DNA of 23,429 nt, taken from positions 1 to 23,429 of IMG/VR virus record IMGVR_UViG_3300045988_182977. One strand, 5' to 3'. Source of the DNA: a virus. Numbering within the stretch: the first letter of the stretch is position 1; each line of letters opens with the position of its first letter. Both the position numbers and the translations under genes were made by a program. A model generated the notes under the pieces. It did not search any database. It saw only the letters and a list, made by a program, of their open reading frames with translations, and was not told the origin of the DNA. Positions 7,830-15,640 of this stretch are shown here, one piece after another.

Positions 7830-8585
7830 TTAGATGTCCCCTTTCAACGCCTTGAATGCTGTGCGGACGCGTGCAAAGAAACCCTTCTTCGGAGCAGGTT
7901 TTTTCTCGCGTTGACGATAAAGCCCGTTCATGGAGTCGTCAAGATTGCTGAGCTGGTCGCTCAGTTCCTGCAGACTTTCCGGCGTAGAGAACTTCTTGAT
8001 AATATCCCGGTTGGCTTTTTCCTGCACTGTTGCGACCATCTTATCGAGCGTCAGGTCACAATATTCATCAACCCAATCGCCGATAAAGTAGAAGCGCTCC
8101 ACAATCGTGCGGGTCGCAGCATCCTGAAATGTGCCAAAGAGAATCGGGTCTTTCTCGCGCTTGACAGCTTCTACGCGGCGTTCTTCCCTGTGCGTGTAGT
8201 CTGTAAAGACAACATACATCTTATCGAAGATGCCTTTGCATTTTTCAATGCGGGCAATGATTTCCGGCGGAATACGACGCTGGTAATTTTCGAGCTCCAC
8301 AATTTTGACGACTTTATTATCGACCATGTGAATGAAGTCATCGATATCGCTTTTGTAAACAAATGTATCGATACCGACATCGAGAAGCTTTTTCTCACGG
8401 GTAATGTTATCAATATGGAACAGGAGCTTTTTCTGAGCTGCTATCTGTCCGGACCGCTGGTATTCGTCCAGCAGGGTCAAGCAGTTCTCATAGAGCTTAG
8501 ACAGTCCTGCTTCCGTCATGACCTGTTTACGGCTTTTGACCTCGGCAAAATATTCTGCCGGTGATACAGTAGTGTTGTTATTCAT
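7830..8585 (-). CDS. Hypothetical protein (MNNNTTVSPAEYFAEV...)
   Basis: ORF track; ATG at 8585 preceded by GGAGGTG. Confidence 0.8.
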   Translation of the reverse strand: MNNNTTVSPAEYFAEVKSRKQVMTEAGLSKLYENCLTLLDEYQRSGQIAAQKKLLFHIDNITREKKLLDVGIDTFVYKSDIDDFIHMVDNKVVKIVELENYQRRIPPEIIARIEKCKGIFDKMYVVFTDYTHREERRVEAVKREKDPILFGTFQDAATRTIVERFYFIGDWVDEYCDLTLDKMVATVQEKANRDIIKKFSTPESLQELSDQLSNLDDSMNGLYRQREKKPAPKKGFFARVRTAFKALKGDI

Positions 8586-8608
8586 GACACACCTCCAAAA
8601 AATGTGTG

Positions 8609-9157
8609 TTAATTCTGCTCCAACCAAATCTTGGTCATCTGCAGAAGTTTATCTTGAAATTCGGGATTGAGGTAAGTAGGTACATTTGACCAGACAGAAT
8701 TATGGATAATCGGGTATCGCCAGCTTTCATTATTGCGGATAATGTGTCGATTTTCAATGTCAGCGTTGACCAACCAGCGTTTTTTCGTTGAGATTGGCTC
8801 CCTGTATTCTGTCAGCCAGCATTCACCCGTAAAATTTGCATCCCAAACATATTTGGAAACTTTCTTTTCATCAAAAAATGCCGAGTTGTTATTCTCGGCA
8901 CAATAGGTTCTTACGATGAAAGGAAATTGATATTGTTTGTCCCAGATTTGCTTTGTATGAGAAGTTCTCAATTCTTCGAGCAAAAATGGGAAAGTGATGC
9001 CGGTTACGGTGATGCCGGTTAAGCATTCATCAAGAGACCGGCTAACGCAGATGCGCGGGATGCTTTGGTCCTCTTCTTTCATTGCATTTGCCGGAATTTT
9101 TGGTATCACTTTGGAAGGAACAGCCCCGATATCCGCCATCAAATGGTAAAGGCTCAT
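8609..9157 (-). CDS. Hypothetical protein (182 aa)
   Basis: ORF track. Confidence 0.75.
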   Translation of the reverse strand: MSLYHLMADIGAVPSKVIPKIPANAMKEEDQSIPRICVSRSLDECLTGITVTGITFPFLLEELRTSHTKQIWDKQYQFPFIVRTYCAENNNSAFFDEKKVSKYVWDANFTGECWLTEYREPISTKKRWLVNADIENRHIIRNNESWRYPIIHNSVWSNVPTYLNPEFQDKLLQMTKIWLEQN

Positions 9158-9166
9158 AAAGTCACC

Positions 9167-9406
9167 TTACTTTTTGCGAAATGGGTCGAGGGCTCCGGGG
9201 CGGTAGTTGCTCTGAACATATGCTTTGATGTCTCCTTCTTCGAGTTGGTCGAACAGATTCATCCAGCACTGTGCTTCGATTCGCATTGGACCGTCCATGT
9301 GCAGGGCTTTATCGCATTGACGAAGGTCGTACTGAAAGTCGTTTTTGTATCGGCAATCTTCTGCCGCCTTGGCGTACTTTGTGAATGTAGCAGTCAATTT
9401 TTTCAT
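9167..9406 (-). CDS. Hypothetical protein (MKKLTATFTKYAKAAEDC...)
   Basis: ATG at 9406 with RBS AAGGAG; the longer track ORF would run through the leader terminator. Confidence 0.7.
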   Translation of the reverse strand: MKKLTATFTKYAKAAEDCRYKNDFQYDLRQCDKALHMDGPMRIEAQCWMNLFDQLEEGDIKAYVQSNYRPGALDPFRKK

Positions 9407-9429
9407 CTCCTTGAAATCTGGAATAAAAC

Positions 9430-9464
9430 AAAAAAGAGCAGACCCTCGAAATGAGAGTCTGCTC
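9430..9464 (-). terminator. Intrinsic terminator in the leader upstream of the 9167-9406 CDS
   Basis: Minus strand GAGCAGACTCTCATTTCGAGGGTCTGCTCTTTTTT. Confidence 0.88.
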
Positions 9465-9532
9465 ACAGTTGTATAACAGATTGTAAATCGTCTGTAGGGG
9501 GGTAACGATATGTTATCTATTATACATTATTT

Positions 9533-9560
9533 AGTTTACCCAGTTCGCACGGAGATGCAA
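9533..9560 (-). promoter_or_regulatory. Sigma-A-like promoter C, TTGCAT-N16-TAAACT
   Basis: Minus strand TTGCATCTCCGTGCGAACTGGGTAAACT, followed by box GTATAATAGATAACA (9511-9525). Confidence 0.65.
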
Positions 9561-9567
9561 GTCTTAT

Positions 9568-9846
9568 TTACGAATGGCGATAAGTGAACAAGTAGCCAAG
9601 AAAAGCAATTCCGCCAAATGCAATTACAATTGCACCAAAAGCAATGATTGTTCCAAGGACGGTCTCGACAACTTCGATAACTTTTTCGGCGACAATAGGC
9701 CAAATGGTAAAATAAAATGCGATAGCTAAAAGTGCGAGGACGATAAGAACGATTAGAACATTTTTTGCTTTTTCTTGTAATTTGCGCTCTTCTTCCAATT
9801 TTTGTCTTGTCATACGTGTTCTATGTTTGGTTGAAGTCGTTTTCAT
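9568..9846 (-). CDS. Small membrane protein with two predicted TM segments (92 aa)
   Basis: ORF track; VLIVLIVLALLAIAFYFTIW and GTIIAFGAIVIAFGGIAFLGYLF; RBS and TATAAT upstream. Confidence 0.75.
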   Translation of the reverse strand: MKTTSTKHRTRMTRQKLEEERKLQEKAKNVLIVLIVLALLAIAFYFTIWPIVAEKVIEVVETVLGTIIAFGAIVIAFGGIAFLGYLFTYRHS

Positions 9847-9893
9847 AAAATCACTTCCTATTTGAAGAAATTGTATTTTTATTTTTCATTGTC

Positions 9894-9904
9894 ATTATAC
9901 CACA
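9894..9904 (-). promoter_or_regulatory. -10 region TGTGGTATAAT
   Basis: Minus strand TTTGTGGTATAATG upstream of the 9568-9846 CDS; same core recurs at 14603, 14955 and 16127. Confidence 0.65.
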
Positions 9905-10025
9905 AATTTCAACAAAAAGAAAGGATGAAACGCAAAAAGACAAGAAATGTTCATAATTTGTTGCTGGCTACGCGGCAATGAGCCTCATTTAGCTACGCTT
10001 CCCTGCCACAGGAAGCAGCTACGCT

Positions 10026-11417
10026 TCATTTGCCATCGGTGATAGATTCCAAGCAAACCTTTGCGGTAAGGACAAGCTGTTTGCTTGCATTAAAGCGCAA
10101 GTACCTTTCGTCCAAGTCCATGAGCCCAAAACGAACACGGTCAAGTGCATCGGCATCTTTCATGATTTTGTAGAGCGTCAATGCGTTTTCCTTGTTTTCA
10201 ATTGTTTTGTTGCTTTCAAGAATTTTTAATGCCTTCTTATCATTGATGCAATGATATTGAATGAGAAACTCCACGGTAGGGTCTGTGTGATTCAGTTTGT
10301 AGATTTTTACGCTATCTTCGCCATGCTTTGGGTCTTCACTGTCATTTTTTCTGCCAATGTCGTGATAGGTGATAGCTTCCAACAACTGATGCATTGCGTC
10401 ATCGTCCAGTTCGATACATTCTTCTTGAACAATGAAGATTGCCAATAGGAGGACACGAATCGTGTGAAGAGCATCGTGCTCACTGGATGTAGGTAAGCAG
10501 TAGAGCGCGTTTACCTTACTTCGCCACTGATAATACAGGTCAAGGTCTTCCTCTGTAATAGATGGTACGACATCTTGAGGAGGAAACTGCTCTTCAATAG
10601 AAATGTCATATACTTTCTCTGGAAACACGAGAACCTCTTTTTCATTGGAGCGGTTTGGAGTGTATAAGATGTCATCTTTCTTTACTTTTCCGGTAATCAC
10701 TCTGGCGAAGCCGTTAGAATACCGGCAAGCAAAGAAATAGGCAATGCGTGGGTTGGTTGTCCAAGAGAAGGATGTCGTATAGGGAGTGCTGGCTTCTGCT
10801 TCTCCACGGTAAATTGTCACTTCGTCAGGCAGCTTTCGGAGAATTTTACTGCGTTTCGTCTTAGCAGTATCATCCATACCGGAGATAACCTTTTTCATCT
10901 CTTCGTTGGTAAAACGACCACAGCCAAAGTCAGTCACCTCATAGACTGAGAAGAAAACATTGAACATTTCAGCGGATGGTTCGTTCCGACGAACATATTC
11001 TTGTAGTGCATCAATGGCAAGATAGCCCCCGAGATTGTGGAAGTATGTAGCAAGAGCACTATCGTGCAAATTGGAGAATGTTACAACGCGTTTTCGAATG
11101 GATTCACAGAATTCTTCGTTTGTTTCGTTCGGAATGGGAGATAGGCGCTGCTTACCAAAAATTTGTAGAGGGAAAATAAGAGGGTAAGACGTATTATTAT
11201 AGTCTACATAGTAAACAGAAGAATACATAGACTTGGCATAAAAGATTTTGTTTGCGGGAAGAGAATACTCTTTTTCCCATTCGGATTGGGTATATCCTAC
11301 ATCGTATCCTTGCTTGGTCAGTTTTTTGATGTCTTCTTGCGTCTGTATGCTTGTAAGGCAAACAAAGTCGGATAGTTTTATCGTATTTGATTCACGGATG
11401 ATGTCATTAACAGTCAT
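10026..11417 (-). CDS. Predicted ADP-ribosyltransferase-like / HD-domain fusion protein
   Basis: N-terminal half: VTIYRGEA...TTSFSWTTNPRIAYFFA...NEKEVLVFPEKV (R-S-E ART layout). C-terminal half: EHDALHTIRVLL...ITYHDIGR...KDADALDRV (H-HD-D layout). Confidence 0.8.
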   Translation of the reverse strand: MTVNDIIRESNTIKLSDFVCLTSIQTQEDIKKLTKQGYDVGYTQSEWEKEYSLPANKIFYAKSMYSSVYYVDYNNTSYPLIFPLQIFGKQRLSPIPNETNEEFCESIRKRVVTFSNLHDSALATYFHNLGGYLAIDALQEYVRRNEPSAEMFNVFFSVYEVTDFGCGRFTNEEMKKVISGMDDTAKTKRSKILRKLPDEVTIYRGEAEASTPYTTSFSWTTNPRIAYFFACRYSNGFARVITGKVKKDDILYTPNRSNEKEVLVFPEKVYDISIEEQFPPQDVVPSITEEDLDLYYQWRSKVNALYCLPTSSEHDALHTIRVLLLAIFIVQEECIELDDDAMHQLLEAITYHDIGRKNDSEDPKHGEDSVKIYKLNHTDPTVEFLIQYHCINDKKALKILESNKTIENKENALTLYKIMKDADALDRVRFGLMDLDERYLRFNASKQLVLTAKVCLESITDGK

Positions 11418-11506
11418 AGTACACCTCACAATGCTATTATACTTTACATTGTAATTTATGGCAATATCTCAAAAAAATATGGGCAGTTTCCTGCCCATGA
11501 GATGCT

Positions 11507-11966
11507 TTATATGCTGATACGAACATATTGCCAAGACTGCGGTGGGCGCTTCAACCCAAAATCAGAGAGCTTCTTATCGAGAGGCTGCGTGCTTGCCACA
11601 TGCCAGCCGTAAAGAGCGCCGACATTTTTTCCGTAATCGAACAACTCCTTGAACGTCAGACAGCTTTCGTTTACGAATTTTTCTGTTTCTTTTGGCAGCT
11701 CCGTGTCGTCAAACACCGCAAGGCTCTGCAGGCAGTTAAGACTGTCGATATCGTCGCAGATAAATGCTGCTGCAACTTTTCCTGCTCCGCCATTGCTTTT
11801 CGTCTCATAGCAAAAGACAACAAACGGGTGGCTGATTTCCCACGGCATAGATTTGCGGACTTCCATGACCTTTTCGCCCGCCATGATTTTACTGAGCCAT
11901 TCTTTCTTGATGCTCAAAAGAACTGCTTTTCCATTGTTGATTTTGAGCGCGTTTTCCAGCGTGGTC
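11507..11966 (-). CDS. ASCH/PUA-like domain protein
   Basis: KAVLLSIKKEWLSKIMAGEKVMEVRKSMP resembles the ASCH N-terminal signature; probable TTG start at 11966 with AGGGGG upstream. Confidence 0.7.
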
Positions 11967-11987
11967 AATGAAAGTACCCCCTTTATG

Positions 11988-12428
11988 TTAGTGTTTATCT
12001 GTGTTTGCTTCTGCCATGAATTTCGCGGCAAATGTCTCATATTGTACACGGCTAATGCCGGTAGCCTCAGAGAACTCAATGAACTCATGCTCAAAGTTCT
12101 TACTGAGGAGGACAACAACGAGGTTGTTGAGTTCTTCGCGAAATTCGTCTGCCGTGCCATTAAAATTGATATTCGGTTTTTTATCCTCGTCGATAAAAGA
12201 ATCGATAGCTTCGTTTACAGTATCCTCAAAGAACTCCGTGAGGTCAGCCGCAGTTTCTTTCATGTCGGTCTCTTCGAAATCGGGGCAATCGTCGTTGAGA
12301 CTCGTCAACGCTTGCATGACATTGTAGCGGAAGAGAATGACTGACGCTACATCATCAGGTTTGAATTCCTCGATGACCTTGCGCAGCTGTACCTGCTTGT
12401 TGTTGATGACTTTGTAGTTCGCCTTCAT
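11988..12428 (-). CDS. Hypothetical protein (146 aa)
   Basis: ORF track; AAGGAG upstream. Confidence 0.75.
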   Translation of the reverse strand: MKANYKVINNKQVQLRKVIEEFKPDDVASVILFRYNVMQALTSLNDDCPDFEETDMKETAADLTEFFEDTVNEAIDSFIDEDKKPNINFNGTADEFREELNNLVVVLLSKNFEHEFIEFSEATGISRVQYETFAAKFMAEANTDKH

Positions 12429-12477
12429 GTGGTTCTCCTTTATTCTGCAGGCTTCCAGACTTCGATGGTGCTACTTC

Positions 12478-12690
12478 TCAATGCCAATATAGCTTGATGG
12501 TTCCGTCGACAAAGTGAATTTGGCTGTACTCTTCCCCGTCGAGGATGATATAGCGGTCATCGCCGTGCTTGCGAGCGCCAGTACAGTACACCATCTTATC
12601 GTTGATAGCCGGGATGGACGGTGCTTCTGCCAGAACGAGTTGACCCTGCATAGCGCAGATGTCAAGAAACGAAATGATATGTTCACCCAT
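12478..12690 (-). CDS. Small hypothetical protein (MGEHIISFLDICAMQG...)
   Basis: ATG near 12690 with GGAGGTG upstream. Confidence 0.6.
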   Translation of the reverse strand: MGEHIISFLDICAMQGQLVLAEAPSIPAINDKMVYCTGARKHGDDRYIILDGEEYSQIHFVDGTIKLYWH

Positions 12691-12716
12691 TTCGGAAAAG
12701 CACCTCCAATTATTTT

Positions 12717-12902
12717 TTAGAGCGTCGTGATTTGCCACTCACCTTCGACTCTTGGCAACGGCTCGTCTGTGACTTTCAGAACAGAGCCGTCTCTCTTTTC
12801 AGTGGCAAAACGAATTGCTTTAAGGACTTCATAAGACAGTTTGCTGTTATAGGCAAGCTCGAAATTGGAAATACCGAAGTTCCCATTCCAGCCCACCCTC
12901 AT
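12717..12902 (-). CDS. Small hypothetical protein (61 aa)
   Basis: ORF track. Confidence 0.55.
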   Translation of the reverse strand: MRVGWNGNFGISNFELAYNSKLSYEVLKAIRFATEKRDGSVLKVTDEPLPRVEGEWQITTL

Positions 12903-13384
12903 TTTTTTAGCTGAGGAATCAGAAGGTCACGGGCTTCAATGACACCTACCCCACTCCAGCGGGCATCGTGATATGCCTGTAAGTGATGCTTATCATCGCC
13001 GGAAATATCAAGTGTCTCATAGATAATGCCAAATTGCCCCATCAGAATACGGGAGTAAACATCAAGAGCATCGGCTACAGCATTCCAGCAAGGAGCATCC
13101 AAATCAACTCTGTACTTGTAAGTATCATCACTGTTCAATTCTTCTGCGTTATTCGCGATGGCAGCAAGAACATAGCTAATGGTGTCATATGCCTTCTTGA
13201 CGGGTGCTGTCACATTAACAGCAGTCAATGTGGCACAAGCCTTCATGATGGAATCTTCATCCACGCCATATGCTTCCCCTACTTCTTTGCAGATAGAGTG
13301 AAAGTCGTTGTTGTAGAATGGCTTCATAATTGCCAAGATATGGAGAATCAAACAATACTGCTTGTTTGTGAAATCAATGTACAT
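12899..13384 (-). CDS. Hypothetical protein (MYIDFTNKQYCLILHILAIM...)
   Basis: ATG at 13384 with AAAGG upstream; promoter 13416-13444. Confidence 0.75.
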   Translation of the reverse strand: MYIDFTNKQYCLILHILAIMKPFYNNDFHSICKEVGEAYGVDEDSIMKACATLTAVNVTAPVKKAYDTISYVLAAIANNAEELNSDDTYKYRVDLDAPCWNAVADALDVYSRILMGQFGIIYETLDISGDDKHHLQAYHDARWSGVGVIEARDLLIPQLKK

Positions 13385-13415
13385 ACGGCAAAATCCTTTC
13401 TTTTTGCTAATTCTT

Positions 13416-13444
13416 ATTATACCATAAAATTGCAATTTTTACAA
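13416..13444 (-). promoter_or_regulatory. Sigma-A promoter TTGTAA-N17-TATAAT
   Basis: Minus strand TTGTAAAAATTGCAATTTTATGGTATAAT. Confidence 0.75.
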
Positions 13445-13489
13445 CATAGATAAGCAGATAGTAACAGATTGTACATATATTTTTGCAAA

Positions 13490-13521
13490 GAAAAAGCCGC
13501 ATACTAAGTAGAAGCGGCTTA
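13490..13521 (-). terminator. Rho-independent terminator
   Basis: Minus strand AAGCCGCTTCTACTTAGTATGCGGCTTTTTC. Confidence 0.85.
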
Positions 13522-13523
13522 TA

Positions 13524-14561
13524 CTACAGCTTTTTCCAAGCTACGACATTTGCAATGTTTGTTATCAAGTCCTTGCTGTAAGATTTTGTAAATGATTGTT
13601 TTTGTGTGTCAAATACGCCTATATTATAAGCATACACAGTGTTTGACTTGTAAACAATACAATAGCGACCATTTTCGTTCGGTGTTTCATTTGGTGTTCT
13701 TACGATATGAAATTCTTGTATGGTTTGTTTTAGCTTTGAGTGGCTATGATACCCCTTGGTGTAGAGTGTCAGCTTAATTCTGTAAAGAAAAGCTCCGATT
13801 ATTGTGGACCGCTGCTTTTCTTCTTGCTTTAGGTGATGGATTACTATCAGTATGCTCGGCTCTATTTTTTCCAATTCTTTTTGTTCAATATGGTATGAGG
13901 GAGAATACTTTGCAATACAATTGATTGCTTTAGAAAATTTTAGTCCTGGTTCGTTTGGGAATTGATTGTGAAATTCTGGTAATGTCTTTCGTTTGCCATT
14001 TTTTGCAATGTAGTAGTTATTGTGCCAGAGGATGACATCCCCGTATTGGCTTGTTATTTCGATTTTCCAAGTATCTTCTTTGCTCCAGACAATAATAGTT
14101 GATTCATTTTGGATTCTTGTCTGAAGTTTATAATCGATGTATGTCTTGAATATCAGGTCATTTGTTGCATTTGCTTTTTTGAAGAATGTTTTGTATTCCT
14201 TACCTTTATTTTTATCCTTTGCTCCTATTCGAAGACAGATAAGTAAGTGACAGACATTGCATATAGAATATTTCTGCTGTGGGAATGCTTTAATGAATTT
14301 TATTTTTTCATCCGCTATTTCTCGCAATTGCTTGCAAGTCTTGTCGTGTAATGTTTGCTTCTTCCCGCTTGTGACAATAGCAAATTGAATTTCTGGGTTA
14401 CTGAGTGTGGTATTTCGATTTCGGCTAATTTCGTTTGAAGTAGGAAACGCTTTAGTGCTGCTGGTAAGTGTAGCATTTCCTGTGTCTTTATCTTTTTCCT
14501 GCAGTTCAGAAAGAAGCAAACTGAAATCTGTGTGTTGTTTGTTTCTGTTTACTTTCGGCAT
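13524..14561 (-). CDS. Hypothetical protein with HDKTC...CNVC putative metal-binding cluster
   Basis: 345-aa ORF, terminator downstream, TATAAT upstream (14603-14608). Confidence 0.8.
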   Translation of the reverse strand: MPKVNRNKQHTDFSLLLSELQEKDKDTGNATLTSSTKAFPTSNEISRNRNTTLSNPEIQFAIVTSGKKQTLHDKTCKQLREIADEKIKFIKAFPQQKYSICNVCHLLICLRIGAKDKNKGKEYKTFFKKANATNDLIFKTYIDYKLQTRIQNESTIIVWSKEDTWKIEITSQYGDVILWHNNYYIAKNGKRKTLPEFHNQFPNEPGLKFSKAINCIAKYSPSYHIEQKELEKIEPSILIVIHHLKQEEKQRSTIIGAFLYRIKLTLYTKGYHSHSKLKQTIQEFHIVRTPNETPNENGRYCIVYKSNTVYAYNIGVFDTQKQSFTKSYSKDLITNIANVVAWKKL

Positions 14562-14681
14562 GGTTATGTGTCCTTTGATAAAGCGTTTTGCCTATTTTGC
14601 TCATTATACCACAAAAAACAAGAATCTCCTACGCTTTTCAGTAAAATACTGTTCGTAGGAGATGGTGGGTTTGTTGAATTT

Positions 14682-14933
14682 TTACTTTACAGCTTTTCTG
14701 ACTTTGAGCTCATGGTCGTAGCAGTTCTTGCAAATTAGATAGCCTAAGCCAATATCGTTCTGGATGGCTGCTGATGTGTACGCGTTGCATTCGTTGATGA
14801 TGTGCCCGCACGCAGCACAATTGAGCCCTTCATTAGGACGAGCCATGATGTCATAGCGTCCGTTCTGAGGCGGTGTGTACGGGGTATATTGCTTCGTCAT
14901 GAAATTGTATTTTTGCATTTTCTGACACTCCAT
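14682..14933 (-). CDS. Small CxxC...CxxC zinc-ribbon protein
   Basis: LNCAACGHIIN...LICKNCYDH; own promoter at 14955. Confidence 0.7.
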   Translation of the reverse strand: MECQKMQKYNFMTKQYTPYTPPQNGRYDIMARPNEGLNCAACGHIINECNAYTSAAIQNDIGLGYLICKNCYDHELKVRKAVK

Positions 14934-14954
14934 TATTTGCTGTTTTCTGTTGCC

Positions 14955-14973
14955 ATTATACCACGAATCGTGG
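14955..14973 (-). promoter_or_regulatory. -10 with overlapping palindrome: CCACGATTCGTGGTATAAT
   Basis: 6-bp-arm palindrome CCACGA-T-TCGTGG abutting TATAAT. Confidence 0.6.
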
Positions 14974-14983
14974 CATCAAACAA

Positions 14984-15032
14984 GAAAAAGTCTCCAAAAT
15001 CCACGAATAATCGCAGACTATGGAGACTTTTC
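14984..15032 (-). terminator. Terminator downstream of tRNA array
   Basis: Minus strand AAAAGTCTCCA...TGGAGACTTTTT. Confidence 0.8.
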
Positions 15033-15033
15033 A

Positions 15034-15121
15034 TGGCGCATGTGGTAGGATTCGAACCTACGGGCCGTTTCTGACCGCTGGTTTTCTGGACCAGTTCCAT
15101 CAGCCACTCGGACACACATGC
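15034..15121 (-). tRNA. Class II tRNA, Ser-like, anticodon AGA by position (C33), encoded CCA
   Basis: GCATGTG/CACATGC acceptor, G73-CCA, GGTTCGAATCC T-arm, anticodon arm CTGGT-CCAGAAA-ACCAG. Confidence 0.85.
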
Positions 15122-15124
15122 ATA

Positions 15125-15243
15125 TGGCGCAGAGAGCGAGATTCGAACTCGCAGGCGAGGGATTGATTGGCACTTCGTAGTGAGTTCCGTTTTGCCTCGC
15201 GACGGATTAGCGGTCCGTTGCCCTACCGTTAGGCGACCTCTGC
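15125..15243 (-). tRNA. tRNA-Ser(GCT)-like with ~49-nt variable region and C33
   Basis: GCAGAGG/TCTCTGC acceptor, G73-CCA, anticodon arm ACGGA-CCGCTAA-TCCGT, T-arm GCGAG-TTCGAAT-CTCGC, variable arm GCGAGG...CCTCGC. Confidence 0.78.
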
Positions 15244-15270
15244 ATGATGCACCTTTTAACACAGGTGCGA

Positions 15271-15347
15271 TGGTGACCCCTAGCAGACTCGAACTGCTGA
15301 CTCCACATTGAGAGTGTGGTGACTTAGACCAACTTGTCGAAGGGGCC
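15271..15347 (-). tRNA. tRNA-Glu(CTC)
   Basis: Cloverleaf GGCCCCT/AGGGGTC, anticodon arm CCACA-CTCTCAA-TGTGG, CCA encoded. Confidence 0.9.
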
Positions 15348-15350
15348 TTA

Positions 15351-15435
15351 TGGTGTGCCGGGCTGGATTCGAACCAGCGAACCGTAACGGAACGGTTTTA
15401 CAGACCGCGTACTTTAACCACTTGCATACCGGCAC
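15351..15435 (-). tRNA. tRNA-Tyr(GTA)
   Basis: GTGCCGG/CCGGCAC, anticodon arm GCGGT-CTGTAAA-ACCGT, long variable arm, ACCA. Confidence 0.93.
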
Positions 15436-15457
15436 ATATAAGGAGGCATAAGCCTCG

Positions 15458-15534
15458 TGGTGCTCCCGGCTGGAATCGAACCAGCGACACATAGGGCTTC
15501 AACCTACTGCTCTACCAACTGAGCTACAGAAGCA
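15458..15534 (-). tRNA. tRNA-Phe(GAA)
   Basis: Anticodon arm GTAGG-TTGAAGC-CCTAT, D-arm GCTCAGTTGGTAGAGC, ACCA. Confidence 0.92.
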
Positions 15535-15536
15535 GA

Positions 15537-15613
15537 TGGTGACCGAAATGGGGCTTGAACCCATACTCTCAAGCGTGAAAGGCTTGCGACTTAACCAATT
15601 CGTCTATTCGGCC
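15537..15613 (-). tRNA. tRNA-Glu(TTC)
   Basis: GGCCGAA/TTCGGTC, anticodon arm CAAGC-CTTTCAC-GCTTG, ACCA. Confidence 0.9.
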
Positions 15614-15640
15614 ATATAGCCGCAATCCTGCGGCGAGGGT

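Noticed and set aside
7680-8564. 294-aa plus-strand ORF
   Set aside because: Shadow ORF opposite the 7830-8585 CDS; composition is typical of antisense frames.
14933-15262. 109-aa minus-strand ORF (…VGFEPTGRF-type antisense/sense peptides)
   Set aside because: Covers two tRNA genes and the terminator; spurious tRNA-derived translation.
15280-15492. 70-aa minus-strand ORF
   Set aside because: Overlaps tRNA-Glu, tRNA-Tyr and tRNA-Phe; contains typical tRNA-translation peptides (FAGSNPARH).
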